A stretch of DNA of 64,000 nt from an uncultured Nitrospina sp. (GCA_964344595.1 CAYFNV010000004.1:80959-144958), one strand, 5' to 3'. Positions 27,063 to 37,620 are shown, numbered from the stretch's first letter. Made by a program: numbers and translations. Notes: generated by a model not told the origin, from the letters alone.

Positions 27063-27076
27063 ACTTCCCTTACTCT

Positions 27077-27262
27077 TTAGTCAACCCGGCTTTCCTCAAA
27101 TATAACCTCTCCATCTGTGTCCATTTCATATTTTATTTCTATAGGACGGCAACAAACCTCACAATCTTCAATATATTCCTGATCCGGCTCTGACAAATCC
27201 AGCAATATTGAAATGGATTCACCACAATACGGACAGAAAAAAAATTGCTCGTGCTGCTCCAT
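27077..27262 (-). CDS. CPXCG-motif cysteine-rich zinc-ribbon protein
   Basis: FFCPYCGESISILLD...EDCEVCCRPIEI matches the CPXCG small-protein family. The protein is 61 aa. Confidence 0.7.
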   Translation of the reverse strand: MEQHEQFFFCPYCGESISILLDLSEPDQEYIEDCEVCCRPIEIKYEMDTDGEVIFEESRVD

Positions 27263-27273
27263 TCTAGAATCTT

Positions 27274-27666
27274 CTATTCCGACATTCGAAACTCTTTAGA
27301 ATAAAAGGCCACCAGATCTTTCACAGAAAGAATGCCTACAATTTTATCCTCTTCAGTAACCCCCAAATGGCGAATCTTGTTTTTGTGCATAAACCGGTTC
27401 GCTTCTTCAATAGGCAGATAACGATCTAAAGAAAGAACAGGGCTCGTCATTATTTCTTTAACATTTGTTGATTCAGGTTCCAAACCTTTACTCATAACTT
27501 TTCTAGCTAAATCCGTTTCGGTTACAATGCCCACATATTCATCAAATTTTTTTACCAGCAATGATCCAATATTATTTGCGGACATCACCATGGCCGCCTC
27601 TTGAACCGATGATTCCATATCAATACTCATTACATTGGATATCATGTAATCGCCAATTTCATCCAT
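27274..27666 (-). CDS. CBS-pair domain protein
   Basis: It contains two CBS motifs (IGSLLVKKFDEYVGIVTETDL and IRHLGVTEEDKIVGILSVKDL). The protein is 130 aa. Confidence 0.85.
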   Translation of the reverse strand: MDEIGDYMISNVMSIDMESSVQEAAMVMSANNIGSLLVKKFDEYVGIVTETDLARKVMSKGLEPESTNVKEIMTSPVLSLDRYLPIEEANRFMHKNKIRHLGVTEEDKIVGILSVKDLVAFYSKEFRMSE

Positions 27667-27883
27667 GGTCCGCTCCTTTGTTAAAAGGTTCCAAAGTCAT
27701 GAAGAACTGTCAGTGGTTGCCATATCTTGGATGTAGAATCGAGGCTGGAGATTCGCTCTTTTTGACTACATCAAAACGCTTGCCACCGACATAAAACACA
27801 ACCTATAGAAATTAAAGGGGTTATCGATATACCATGTTTGTGCTATAAAATCCTTTAACCTTAGAAAAGTTTCTAGATATCCC

Positions 27884-28348
27884 ATGCCCCACTATTTAAA
27901 TGTTGTTTTAGTCGAACCAGAAATTCCTATGAACACAGGAACAATTGGAAGGTTATGCCTTGCCACAGAGAGCACCTTGCATCTTGTTGAACCACTGGGT
28001 TTCGAAGTCAGCGATAGCCAGCTTAAAAGGGCAGGTCTGGATTATTGGAAACACGTTGATGTCAATATATATCCCGGGCTTGAAGAGTTTCTTGCAAGCA
28101 TTCCCGATTCGGCCCAGAAGGTATTTTTCTCAACCAAAGGGAATAAAGATTTTTTCCAACATACATTTGAACCGGGTGCTTATCTTTTTTTTGGCAGTGA
28201 AACCCGAGGTCTCCCACAAAGCCTTATCCAGTCGAACAAAGATCAGACCTACCGCATACCTCAATATGATGAAAGGATAAGGTCTATCAATATCGCCAAT
28301 GCTGTGAGTGTTGCAGTTTACGAGGCCATCCGGCAATTGGGAGTATGA
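27884..28348 (+). CDS. trmL: tRNA (cytidine/uridine(34)-2'-O)-methyltransferase (SpoU/TrmL)
   Basis: The sequence LNVVLVEPEIPMNTGTIGRLC...LKRAGLDYW...FGSETRGLP...IRSINIANAVSVAVYEA is typical of the 154-aa TrmL/YibK family. Confidence 0.9.
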   Translation: MPHYLNVVLVEPEIPMNTGTIGRLCLATESTLHLVEPLGFEVSDSQLKRAGLDYWKHVDVNIYPGLEEFLASIPDSAQKVFFSTKGNKDFFQHTFEPGAYLFFGSETRGLPQSLIQSNKDQTYRIPQYDERIRSINIANAVSVAVYEAIRQLGV

Positions 28349-28391
28349 GCAATCATTGCTATTCCAAAAAATCACCTCACAACAATCTTGT

Positions 28392-28772
28392 TTATATCTC
28401 TAAATCTGTTGCCACAGAATCTTCAGGCTTAATGTTAAACTTTCGGTAGTACTTCCGTAACAATCTTCTGGCTTCAACCTTATTCACCTGATCATTTTTA
28501 TTGCCAAAAAGGTTACCTGCATTAATGATGTGAAAAATGGCTTTTTCTCCTTCCTCCATATTCTCATGCAGGAGAGCCAAATTATAATGCGCTTCAGCCG
28601 ACTTAGGATTACCCTTCAAAGTTTCTTCAAATTCGCGTATTGCATCTTCATATCTACCGTATTTTTCATATGCGGCACCAAGATAAAAATGCGCCTCCGG
28701 GTCATTTGGCATGGATTCCACACGGGCTCTTAATTCCTTTATTTCTTTACTTTCAAAAAGTTTACCAAACAA
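28392..28772 (-). CDS. Small TPR protein
   Basis: It has TPR units (EAHFYLGAAYEKYGRYEDAIREFEETLKGNPKSAEAHYNLALLHE). Confidence 0.75.
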   Translation of the reverse strand: MFGKLFESKEIKELRARVESMPNDPEAHFYLGAAYEKYGRYEDAIREFEETLKGNPKSAEAHYNLALLHENMEEGEKAIFHIINAGNLFGNKNDQVNKVEARRLLRKYYRKFNIKPEDSVATDLEI

Positions 28773-28835
28773 ACTTTACGCTCCTGATTTTCAGTTTCTG
28801 CTTTGGCTTGAAAAATTCTCTTAAACTTTAACTGG

Positions 28836-29192
28836 TTATAGAGAAGAGTCTCCTAACTCATCTTCCTCAAATAATTCCATCAGTGAGTTTCTTGAGTCGT
28901 CTTGAAACTGCTCTTCTTCTTTGCGATCAATATATAAATTCAACTGTTTTAAAAGTTCCGCCGACAAGTTGCACAAAATCAACCTCTCCATGACAGTTTC
29001 TTTTTGATACTCATAAAGCAATCTACCAATACTATTATGAAGAAATGGAGTTAAAATTGACTGCACTCCCTCAAAATCCAGTTCTACAGGGTTACCTTTC
29101 TTGAATTCTGGTTCTACACTGCAAAACAATTTATTCCCGTCGTCGACGGATGAGCAGTTTACCCCTATAATTTCTGCCAGCTTTATCTTCAT
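28836..29192 (-). CDS. STAS-like DUF4325-type protein (tentative)
   Basis: The segment VELDFEGVQSILTPFLHNSIGRLL resembles the DUF4325 core. The protein is 118 aa with an acidic C-terminus. I assigned the family from memory only. Confidence 0.45.
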   Translation of the reverse strand: MKIKLAEIIGVNCSSVDDGNKLFCSVEPEFKKGNPVELDFEGVQSILTPFLHNSIGRLLYEYQKETVMERLILCNLSAELLKQLNLYIDRKEEEQFQDDSRNSLMELFEEDELGDSSL

Positions 29193-29390
29193 GATTTATC
29201 TTTTCCTTCGATTAACTTTCCAAAAAATATTCTGTTTCCTTCATGATACCCCTGCACACCATATATCTTTACTTAAATATCTTTATACTTCCTAAAGATT
29301 TTTCACTAAACATTCGTTGAAGAGTTAAATTCATCCCGATTTTGCCGATAAGTTGTTATAATTAAACATCTAACTTATATACTCCTGTAA

Positions 29391-31220
29391 ATGAAAGACA
29401 CCTTTTTTACAGAAAGCCCTGGCCGAGCAACTGCTACCTGCATTGGAATTCTCGGTTATTTCTCAGGATTCTTGCTCTCTCAATTGCTTATTTTCTGCTC
29501 TCCTGCCTTTGGCCAGGATTTTGTGCCCGAAAAATTTAATAAAGCTCTCATAGAAGAATCTTTGCAAGACCAGGAAGCTCTTCGGGAAGAAATGCTTTTA
29601 GACCAGGCAATCCTCCGGGAAGAAATGGAACAAATTCGTTTGGAAATCCAACGCATCATGAAGGAGATCGCGTTAGCCATGAAAGAAGAAGCTTTGAAGT
29701 TGAAGGAGGAACTCCAGGGACTTCAAGGAGAAACCCAACGTATCCAACAAGAAATATTGGCCGCCCTACAAAAGTCCAAGGAGGATTTCGCTGAAGGTCA
29801 AGAGGAGATGCGCAGAGAATTACAAAAGATGCGCCAGGAGGCCAAAAGCCTGAACAAAGAAATCAAGGAAGTCCTCTCAGAACAAAAAGCAATCTGGAAA
29901 CAGGAAACCGCGGCTCTAAAAGATACTCTGGTAGATGCACGGAAGGAAATGAATTCTGCCAAAGTGGATTCAGAACAAGCTCTTCAATCGAGCCGTTCAG
30001 CTATTAATGATTTCAAGAAGGATAATGAAATAACCATGGCTGATTCCCGCAACAAATCAAATGCGGCAATGTTCGAGGCTGGAAACACTTTCAAAAAAAG
30101 CCAACAAGACTATAAAAAGGACTCCGTAAACATTACCAGGGAGCTCATGGCCGAAATAAAGAAAACCCGTGAGGACCTGAAAAGAAAGCAAAAGACTCAG
30201 AAACAAGATTCCATGGCTTCTCAAAGAGAAGTTCTTGCCGCATTAAAAGCAGCAAAAAAACATAGGGTGACAGAGCTAAAGCAGGATTTGCACAAGAAAA
30301 AATTACAAAAGAAAAAAGATGCCCGGTCTAAACACAAAGATGTCCAAAAAAGAGAGCGGATCAAAAAAATCGAAAAGAAACAGTCTCGTTTGAAAAAAGC
30401 CAAATCCGACCGCACAAGAAAATTGGAAAAACAAAAAGCCGACTATAGAAACAACCAGAAAAAATCAAAAATTAAATTGCAGAAGAAAAGATCCAAGAGG
30501 AGATTAGGAGTTCAAAAAGCCAAAAAACAACCAAAGGCACAACCAGACCTCAAACGCTCTCGCGGAACTACTAAGGAAACCCCTGTTTTTCAAGATTCAC
30601 AAGAGACACAAGACGCACCTCTTGAAGCCCTGGATAAATCTTTCGATAAAGAATTTGACAAAATCGACAAAACCAAAAAGAAACCGCAACAAAAGGAACT
30701 TGTGGAAGATAAAGGTGAATTAGTGGTGGTTGCTGATGCTCCAGAGGAAACTGTTGAACAAACTCCACAGGAAATAGCCTCAAGGTTCAGTAAAAATATT
30801 GCCAGTTTGAAAAATGACCTTAAAAGGAAAAGTGGAAACCCTGGAGCCTTGCTGGTAAAACTTGGAGACGCCTACCTGGAAGCCCAACGTTTTCTTGGCT
30901 CACAAAAGGACGATGGAGATAGACAAAAAATACTTGATCTTTCAGAAAACGAAAACCTTTTATTAGGAAGTTATGAACAAGCCGCCTGGGCCTATAAGCT
31001 ATCTCTTGGCTTCAACTATAAAACTGCTGAAACACATTTTAAAATTGGGAAAATTTACGATGAAATGGGGGATGGTCAAAACGCAATTATGTACGCAAGA
31101 TTGGCGCACCAAATATTAAAAAAGCGCGATAATTCAAAGCAAATGGAGGAAGAAGTGATGGCCTTCATTGAAAATCTAATGTTAAAATACAAGAGTGAGT
31201 CTGAAAAAAATAGTGCCTGA
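29391..31220 (+). CDS. Secreted/anchored coiled-coil protein with extreme Lys/Arg-rich middle region and TPR-like C-terminus
   Basis: It has an N-terminal signal-like segment ending CSPAFGQD, followed by ~250 aa of heptad-rich E/K/Q sequence. Next comes a K/R block (KKKLQKKKDARSKHKDVQKRERIKKIEKKQSRLKKAKSDRTRKLEKQK...). The C-terminus is TPR-like (AETHFKIGKIYDEMGDGQNAIMYARLA). Confidence 0.7.
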   Translation: MKDTFFTESPGRATATCIGILGYFSGFLLSQLLIFCSPAFGQDFVPEKFNKALIEESLQDQEALREEMLLDQAILREEMEQIRLEIQRIMKEIALAMKEEALKLKEELQGLQGETQRIQQEILAALQKSKEDFAEGQEEMRRELQKMRQEAKSLNKEIKEVLSEQKAIWKQETAALKDTLVDARKEMNSAKVDSEQALQSSRSAINDFKKDNEITMADSRNKSNAAMFEAGNTFKKSQQDYKKDSVNITRELMAEIKKTREDLKRKQKTQKQDSMASQREVLAALKAAKKHRVTELKQDLHKKKLQKKKDARSKHKDVQKRERIKKIEKKQSRLKKAKSDRTRKLEKQKADYRNNQKKSKIKLQKKRSKRRLGVQKAKKQPKAQPDLKRSRGTTKETPVFQDSQETQDAPLEALDKSFDKEFDKIDKTKKKPQQKELVEDKGELVVVADAPEETVEQTPQEIASRFSKNIASLKNDLKRKSGNPGALLVKLGDAYLEAQRFLGSQKDDGDRQKILDLSENENLLLGSYEQAAWAYKLSLGFNYKTAETHFKIGKIYDEMGDGQNAIMYARLAHQILKKRDNSKQMEEEVMAFIENLMLKYKSESEKNSA

Positions 31221-31292
31221 GAATCATATATCTTTTATAGTAAGCAGGCGCAACGATTAAATTGGTCAAGTTTATCAGTAGAGAGGTGCAGC

Positions 31293-31814
31293 TTGGAAAA
31301 GAATCCTATCCTTGAATTTATTGAGCGGTTACCTTTTTTTCAAGAGTTTTCCGAAGAGGAAAAATCTAAACTCGTAAGTTCAAATGGGATTTTCGAGAAA
31401 TACAAGAATGGAGACCGCATTATTTCTGAAGGTGAAACCGGCTCTGCTTTATTTGTTGTGTTGACAGGTACCATTCGAATTACCAAGTCAACCGTTTCCA
31501 AAGTAAAAGAGGGCCATATTTCCCTTCAAGAACCTGAAGATATAACTCTTGCAGAATTAAAAGGTGGATCAATATTCGGGGAAGTTTCTTTAATAAGCGA
31601 TCGCCCAAGGAATACCAGCGCTCATGCCAGCTCTCCCGAAGTTGTAGTTATGAAAATCACCAAGGAAGTTATTGAAAGTTTTAACCTGGCCATTCAAAAG
31701 AAGTTCCACACGCAACTGATTCAGATTCTCGTCCAACGACTGGATGACATGAATTCCAAATACATAACTTTAAAAGCTAGCACTACGAAAGAACTGAAGA
31801 AGTCTTCTGCTTAA
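31293..31814 (+). CDS. Cyclic-nucleotide-binding domain protein (no HTH)
   Basis: The cNMP-binding fold motifs are GDRIISEGETGSALFVVLTG and GSIFGEVSLISDRPRNTSA. It has a TTG start and is 173 aa. Confidence 0.8.
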   Translation: MEKNPILEFIERLPFFQEFSEEEKSKLVSSNGIFEKYKNGDRIISEGETGSALFVVLTGTIRITKSTVSKVKEGHISLQEPEDITLAELKGGSIFGEVSLISDRPRNTSAHASSPEVVVMKITKEVIESFNLAIQKKFHTQLIQILVQRLDDMNSKYITLKASTTKELKKSSA

Positions 31815-31909
31815 TTACTAGTACTCTGCTTTCCTGCTTCCCCTTTCGTTATTAATTCTGCATATGTATTCTTTTTGCTTAAAAAAATCTGTGAAAATTT
31901 GCACAACCC

Positions 31910-33199
31910 ATGAAATCCGGTAAGACAATTCTCATAAATACGCCGACTTCAAAACCAAAAGCTGTTCTAGTAGGAGTCCGCATGCCAGATAGTCTAGACA
32001 CAGAAATTTCACTTGAAGAACTGGAAGGACTTGCAACAACTGCGAACTATGATCCCATCGCTCATTTAACCCAACAACTGGATCAGGTCAACCCCAAAAC
32101 ATTCCTAGGAAGTGGAAAAGTGGAAGAGCTCAGACTGGCTGTCAAGCAACACGAAGCTGAAGTAGTCATTTTTGATGAAGAACTGTCACCTCGCCAAAAC
32201 CGGGAACTGGAAAATATTCTTAAGTGCAGAGTCATGGACAGGCCCTGGATCATACTTGAGATTTTTAGTGATCATGCAAAAACCCGGGAGGCAAAGACCC
32301 AAGTCGAGCTGGCAAAGATGAAATATTCTCTTCCTCGCCTTACTGGAATGTGGAGGCACCTTTCCCGACAACGTGGTGGAATTGGCATGAAAGACGTGGG
32401 AGAAACACAAATCCAGCTGGATAAAAGAATGATCCGCAATGAAATTCACAAACTGGAAAAAAAACTTGTACAAATTGATAAGGAAAAAAAAACTCAACGG
32501 AAAAAAAGGCAGGGCGCTTATAAAGTTGCACTAGTCGGTTACACAAATGCAGGAAAGTCAACACTGATGAACTCTCTGACAGGTGCTGATACCCTGGTCG
32601 AGGATAAACTCTTCGCCACTTTGGATGCTACCGTACGCAAAATAAAAAAAAATTTCCCTTACCCGGTATTACTTTCAGATACCGTTGGGTTAATCTCAAA
32701 ATTACCTCATGATCTGGTCGCCTCGTTTAAGAGCACACTGGATGAGGTGCGTGATGCCGACTTGCTCATTCATGTGGTTGATGTCAGCCATGTTGAATAC
32801 GCCGAACAGATGCGTATCGCCAATGACCTTCTTGAAGAAATGGGGGTGGATGATATTGACATTATTCTTGCTTTCAATAAAATCGATGCTGTGCCGGATA
32901 TGGAGGCTCTCGACCGAGCCCTGCATACTAATCCTTCCGCAATAGGTATTTCCTGCAAAACCGGACAAGGCATTGAGTCGCTTCGCCAGCAGATGATCCT
33001 TCATTATGAGAAGAACCTGGTTCCCTATCGACTCGAGCTCAAACATTCTCAAGCCAAACTTATACAGGAAATACGAAAATATGCCTTGGTTTTGACTGAG
33101 GATTACACACCCAAGAATATCATACTGAAGCTAAGGATAGCTGCGGGTGCAAAGGGTAAGCTTGAATCAATTTTGCAGCAACCTATAAACCCTGACTGA
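31910..33199 (+). CDS. hflX: Ribosome-associated GTPase HflX
   Basis: An HflX N-domain is present. G1 is GYTNAGKSTL, G3 is DTVG and G4 is NKID. The protein is 429 aa. Confidence 0.93.
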   Translation: MKSGKTILINTPTSKPKAVLVGVRMPDSLDTEISLEELEGLATTANYDPIAHLTQQLDQVNPKTFLGSGKVEELRLAVKQHEAEVVIFDEELSPRQNRELENILKCRVMDRPWIILEIFSDHAKTREAKTQVELAKMKYSLPRLTGMWRHLSRQRGGIGMKDVGETQIQLDKRMIRNEIHKLEKKLVQIDKEKKTQRKKRQGAYKVALVGYTNAGKSTLMNSLTGADTLVEDKLFATLDATVRKIKKNFPYPVLLSDTVGLISKLPHDLVASFKSTLDEVRDADLLIHVVDVSHVEYAEQMRIANDLLEEMGVDDIDIILAFNKIDAVPDMEALDRALHTNPSAIGISCKTGQGIESLRQQMILHYEKNLVPYRLELKHSQAKLIQEIRKYALVLTEDYTPKNIILKLRIAAGAKGKLESILQQPINPD

Positions 33200-33233
33200 G
33201 TCATACTACGATGGGTTCAGAAACACTGAACTA

Positions 33234-35435
33234 TCAAAGAATAATCAGTTTAGCGTGGTTAACTGCGAGTTTCTTTTTTCCATGGGGAGCTTTGAAAAAT
33301 ACTTCCACACTTAAATTTTCTTCATTACCAGAAAGATTGAGCACTATTCCCGACCCAAACTTCGCGTGCAAAACTTTTGTCCCGATCGAATAAGTGCCTT
33401 CTTTAGTACCAATTGAATAATTATTGTTGCTATTTGCCTGATAAGGAGTAAATGCTTCATGACCTCCTCCAAGGCTGCCTCCAAATTGAGATGTTACAGG
33501 GTTGTTGATACTGCCGGATTCATATGTCATGACCGCATCAGGAATTGAGAGCAAAAAATCTGATGGCTGGTAATTAAAAGTAGTTCCATAGATTCGTCGC
33601 TGTCTTGCATGAGTGACGAACAATTTTTTTCTGGCCCGGGTAAAACCTACATAGCATAACCTTCTCTCTTCTTCATATTCGTCAGGTTCGGACATTGAAC
33701 TGGCGTGAGGGAGGAGTCCATTTTCCATACCCACTAAAAATACCGAGGAAAACTCCAAGCCTTTACAAGAATGAAGAGTCATCAATGGTATAACTCCACG
33801 TTCATCATCAAGGCTATCCAGGTCTGCAACCAAAGAGGCCGAATCCAGAAACTCTTGCAGCGAACCTTCACCATCCTCAACTGATTGCTCTACCGCAGAA
33901 TAAAGCTCATTCAGGTTCTCAATACGCCCCTTGCTTTCTCGGGTGCCTTCTCTATTCAGCATTTCCCCATAGCCAGTTTTTTCAATTATCTCAGTCAAAA
34001 GTTCTAAAGGGTTTCCTTCAAGAAAGGTGTTATTTAAGTCATCAATAATTTGAAGAAACTGAGTTATCTTCCTGGCCGCAGCGGGAGCTGTCAACTTTGA
34101 CTGTTCATTAGCGCGTAAACCTTCCATAAGCGTTACACCTTTTTCCCTGCAATACATCTCCACTTTTTCCAAAGAAGTCTTGCCAATTCCCCGTGCGGGA
34201 ACATTAATGATCCTCCTTAAAGAAACAGAATCGTTCGGGTTCATTATCACCCTCATGTATGCCAACACATCTTTAATTTCTTTTCTCTCATAGAATCTTA
34301 ATCCACCGATCACCTGATAAGGCAACCCATGCCTTCTTAGCACATCTTCAAGGACCCTTGATTGGGCGTTAGTTCTATAAAGCACCGCCATTTCATTAAA
34401 ACTGAAGCCTTCTTCGTGGTTCAGGGTTTGAATTTTTTCACAAACGAACTCCGACTCATCCATTTCATCTTTAGCCCTGTAGCCCAATACAGGCGAACCT
34501 TTTTCATTTTGCGTCCATAATGTTTTATCTTTACGCTTTCTGTTTTCTCGCACTACACTGCCTGCGGCAGTTAAAATATTTTGAGTCGACCTGTAGTTTT
34601 CCTCGAGTTTTATCACCGTTGTTTCTGGGAAATCGCTTTCAAACTGTAAAATATTTTCTATATTGGCACCCCGCCATCGGTAAATGCTCTGATCATCATC
34701 ACCTACCACACATATATTGTTATGTGACTGAGACAGCAAGCGAACCAGCTTGTATTGAACAACGTTCGTGTCTTGAAACTCATCAACCAAAATATGCTGA
34801 AACCTTTGACAGTAATAATCCTTTAGTGTTGAAACTTCCTGAAAAAGTTTTGCCGCATATATAAGCAAGTCATCAAAATCAAGGGCATTATTCTTTTTCA
34901 AAGCCTCCTGATAAACAGGATAAAGCACTGCCGCCTTAACTTGATTTCCATAAGGCATCTCTTCAGACTTGATATCTTCCGGCATTAAAAAATCATTCTT
35001 GAATCCACTAATATGGTTAAGGAGTGATTTAGGAGGAAACGCATCAACACTAATTTCAGCTGTTTTCATGCACTGCTTTATCAACGTCAACTGGTCCTGC
35101 GCATCATAGATTGCAAAATCATTGGAAAAACCCAACTCTGAGATATGGCTTCTGAGGATTCGCAAGCAAAAAGAATGGAAGGTGCTTATCCAAGGTGCAG
35201 CCACATTCAGGTCCAGCATATTTCGCACACGCATTTTCATTTCACCTGCGGCCTTGTTCGTAAAGGTAATTGCCAGAATGTTTTCAGGAGAAACTCCTTC
35301 CTCCTTAATCAAGTTTGCAATTCGGCAGGTGATAACACGTGTTTTTCCTGAACCAGCTCCAGCAACTACCATAAGCGGACCTCCTTTATGACACACCGCC
35401 CGTAATTGCTGTGGGTTTAAACTTTCAAGATTCAT
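33234..35435 (-). CDS. pcrA: ATP-dependent DNA helicase PcrA/UvrD (SF1)
   Basis: The motifs are LNPQQLRAV, AGAGSGKTRV, DEFQDTN, VGDDDQSIYRWRGA and the YRSTQNIL type. The protein is 733 aa. Confidence 0.93.
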   Translation of the reverse strand: MNLESLNPQQLRAVCHKGGPLMVVAGAGSGKTRVITCRIANLIKEEGVSPENILAITFTNKAAGEMKMRVRNMLDLNVAAPWISTFHSFCLRILRSHISELGFSNDFAIYDAQDQLTLIKQCMKTAEISVDAFPPKSLLNHISGFKNDFLMPEDIKSEEMPYGNQVKAAVLYPVYQEALKKNNALDFDDLLIYAAKLFQEVSTLKDYYCQRFQHILVDEFQDTNVVQYKLVRLLSQSHNNICVVGDDDQSIYRWRGANIENILQFESDFPETTVIKLEENYRSTQNILTAAGSVVRENRKRKDKTLWTQNEKGSPVLGYRAKDEMDESEFVCEKIQTLNHEEGFSFNEMAVLYRTNAQSRVLEDVLRRHGLPYQVIGGLRFYERKEIKDVLAYMRVIMNPNDSVSLRRIINVPARGIGKTSLEKVEMYCREKGVTLMEGLRANEQSKLTAPAAARKITQFLQIIDDLNNTFLEGNPLELLTEIIEKTGYGEMLNREGTRESKGRIENLNELYSAVEQSVEDGEGSLQEFLDSASLVADLDSLDDERGVIPLMTLHSCKGLEFSSVFLVGMENGLLPHASSMSEPDEYEEERRLCYVGFTRARKKLFVTHARQRRIYGTTFNYQPSDFLLSIPDAVMTYESGSINNPVTSQFGGSLGGGHEAFTPYQANSNNNYSIGTKEGTYSIGTKVLHAKFGSGIVLNLSGNEENLSVEVFFKAPHGKKKLAVNHAKLIIL

Positions 35436-35464
35436 TGAAAAAATTCAGATTGATGTTTAGCTTT

Positions 35465-36412
35465 TCAGACCAGGTTTTCCCAGGTCACAGAAGCCAATGC
35501 TTCAATAAATGTTGGGGACAAGTTTAAAGATTCAGTACGATACAATTTTAATTTCCGCTCCCTGGCATATTGACTGAACTCAATATCAATATCGAATAAA
35601 ATTTCTACATGATCGCATACGAAACCAACGGGAACCATTAAAACTGTTTTCGAGCCCTGTCTTGCAATCTTATCCAAAACCGATTCCACTGTCGGCCCCA
35701 ACCAAGGTATTGGTATCATTCCCTGGCTCTGGTAAGCTTTGTACCATTGATTCGGTCGAACTCTTTCCACAAGCTTATTAATGGTTTTGTCAAACTCTTC
35801 TGGATAAGGATCGCCAAACTCTATGGATTCAGATGGAATGCTATGAGCGGTAAAAATTGTTCGAACAGATTCCTCAGCATTTGTTCCCAGCTTTTCGAGA
35901 GCCATCCGGTATTTTTCTGTAAACGCGTCTATGAGAAGTGGGTGATCTGCCCAACTACCAATATAACTTACTTCCAAATCCTCAGCATCACAGCTCTTTA
36001 ATGCTTCCTTAAAAACTTTAAAGTACAATCGCGTGCTCCAGGTGCTGAATTGAGGGGCCAGACAAAGAGCCACCACTTTTTTTACCCCGTCATCTTTCAT
36101 CCTTCTTACTTCATCGCGGATGTATGGACTCCAGTTACGCATTCCGCAATAGACTTTGAACTGCGGCCCTTGCTGGTTTAGAAAAGACTCCAGTCGGAAG
36201 CAGAGTTCCTCAGTGATTTCCCTCAGAGGAGACTTGCCGCCAATTTGTTCATAGCGGTTGCGAATAATTTGGATGGTCTCTGGAGTGGATTCCGTTCCAC
36301 CCCGTATATTCCGTAGATATTCAGGAATATCATCGACAGACTCGGGAGCTCCATGGGCCATCAGGAAAACACCCGTCAGAGGCTGGGAAAAATCATTCAT
36401 GCTGGTATTCAT
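35465..36412 (-). CDS. hemH: Ferrochelatase
   Basis: The sequence GVFLMAHGAPESVDDIPEYL...FTAHSIP...GFVCDHVEIL is ferrochelatase-like and the protein is 315 aa. It overlaps the hemE 3' end by 20 nt. Confidence 0.92.
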   Translation of the reverse strand: MNTSMNDFSQPLTGVFLMAHGAPESVDDIPEYLRNIRGGTESTPETIQIIRNRYEQIGGKSPLREITEELCFRLESFLNQQGPQFKVYCGMRNWSPYIRDEVRRMKDDGVKKVVALCLAPQFSTWSTRLYFKVFKEALKSCDAEDLEVSYIGSWADHPLLIDAFTEKYRMALEKLGTNAEESVRTIFTAHSIPSESIEFGDPYPEEFDKTINKLVERVRPNQWYKAYQSQGMIPIPWLGPTVESVLDKIARQGSKTVLMVPVGFVCDHVEILFDIDIEFSQYARERKLKLYRTESLNLSPTFIEALASVTWENLV

Positions 36413-37424
36413 GGACCATGTCTACTACGGCCTTGACATGCTCAACAGGTGTATGCTGCAAAATACCATGCCCCAGATTGAAGACATACCCCTTCCCTCC
36501 TGAGCGCTGAAGAATATCATGGACACGTTGTTTAATTACAGGCAAAGGAGCAAACAGTGTAACCGGGTCAAGATTACCCTGAACTGGCTGGTCTTTACCC
36601 AGCAAAGCTCGTGCAGTATCCATCTGAATCCGCCAGTCAAAGCTGATCACATCACCGCCAGCCTTTTGCACCAGATCCAGCATTGTGGAAGTTCCTGTGC
36701 TGAAATTAATAACAGGGACTCCGGTATCCTTGAGCCCTTCATAAATACGGCAGGAATAAGGAAGAATATATTTTTCGTAATCATTTGGGCCAAGGCACCC
36801 TACCCAACTATCAAATATCTGAAGAGCCTGGGCTCCGGCAGAAACCTGCATCTTCAAATAATCCACCAGCATGGTGCAGACCTTGCCCATCAACTGTTCC
36901 CAGACATCAGGGGCTTCATACATCATTAATTTTGTAGTTGTGAAATCCCTCGACTTTCCTCCCTCTATCATATAACTGCACAAGGTAAAAGGAGCTCCTG
37001 CAAAACCGATCAAGGGAATACTGATTTCTTTTCTCACCATCCGGATCGCATCAGCGACAAAACCCAACTGCTCTTCAACATTTACCGGCATAAGTTTTTC
37101 AACTGCTTTTCTATCCTTCACCGGACGCGGGATCACAGGACCATCTCCCGCTGAAAATTCCAGACCGGTTCCCATAGGCTCCAGGGGAAGAAGGATGTCC
37201 GCAAAAATTATAGCCGCATCCACTCCCAAAACATCCAGAGGTTGCAGGGTAACCTCACACGCCAACTCCGGGTTTTTGCACAGTTCCAGGAAAGTGTATT
37301 TTTCCTTAAGATCCCTGTAAACTTTCATATAACGGCCCGCTTGACGCATAAACCAGACCGGTATTTTATCAACCGGTTCACCCCGGCAGGCTTTTATAAA
37401 ACGGTACTCGCTTGAATTTTCCAT
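36393..37424 (-). CDS. hemE: Uroporphyrinogen decarboxylase
   Basis: The sequence is FIKACRGEPVDKIPVWFMRQAGRYM...NLGHGI. The track start (37475) is a TTG, and the first ATG (MENSSEYRF) at 37424 fits the usual N-terminus better. Confidence 0.92.
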   Translation of the reverse strand: MENSSEYRFIKACRGEPVDKIPVWFMRQAGRYMKVYRDLKEKYTFLELCKNPELACEVTLQPLDVLGVDAAIIFADILLPLEPMGTGLEFSAGDGPVIPRPVKDRKAVEKLMPVNVEEQLGFVADAIRMVRKEISIPLIGFAGAPFTLCSYMIEGGKSRDFTTTKLMMYEAPDVWEQLMGKVCTMLVDYLKMQVSAGAQALQIFDSWVGCLGPNDYEKYILPYSCRIYEGLKDTGVPVINFSTGTSTMLDLVQKAGGDVISFDWRIQMDTARALLGKDQPVQGNLDPVTLFAPLPVIKQRVHDILQRSGGKGYVFNLGHGILQHTPVEHVKAVVDMVHEYQHE

Positions 37425-37620
37425 AAACCTATTCGAAAAAAGGGGGATATTGAGCCATTGCGAGAAAATCGACAATAACTCACAATGGCAAGCAAACAGT
37501 ATTCGAGGCTTAAAAAGCTCTTGCGATTTGCCCCTGCGGCTAGCAGAATTTATTGATTATAGGACGGGAACCCATTCAGGATCAACGGTTGTTTTGATTA
37601 TCGAGCAGGAATCTGCGTTA

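Noticed and set aside
27945-28280. 111-aa ORF overlapping trmL in another frame
   Set aside because: trmL in the main frame has unmistakable SpoU/TrmL motifs. The overlapping frame has none.
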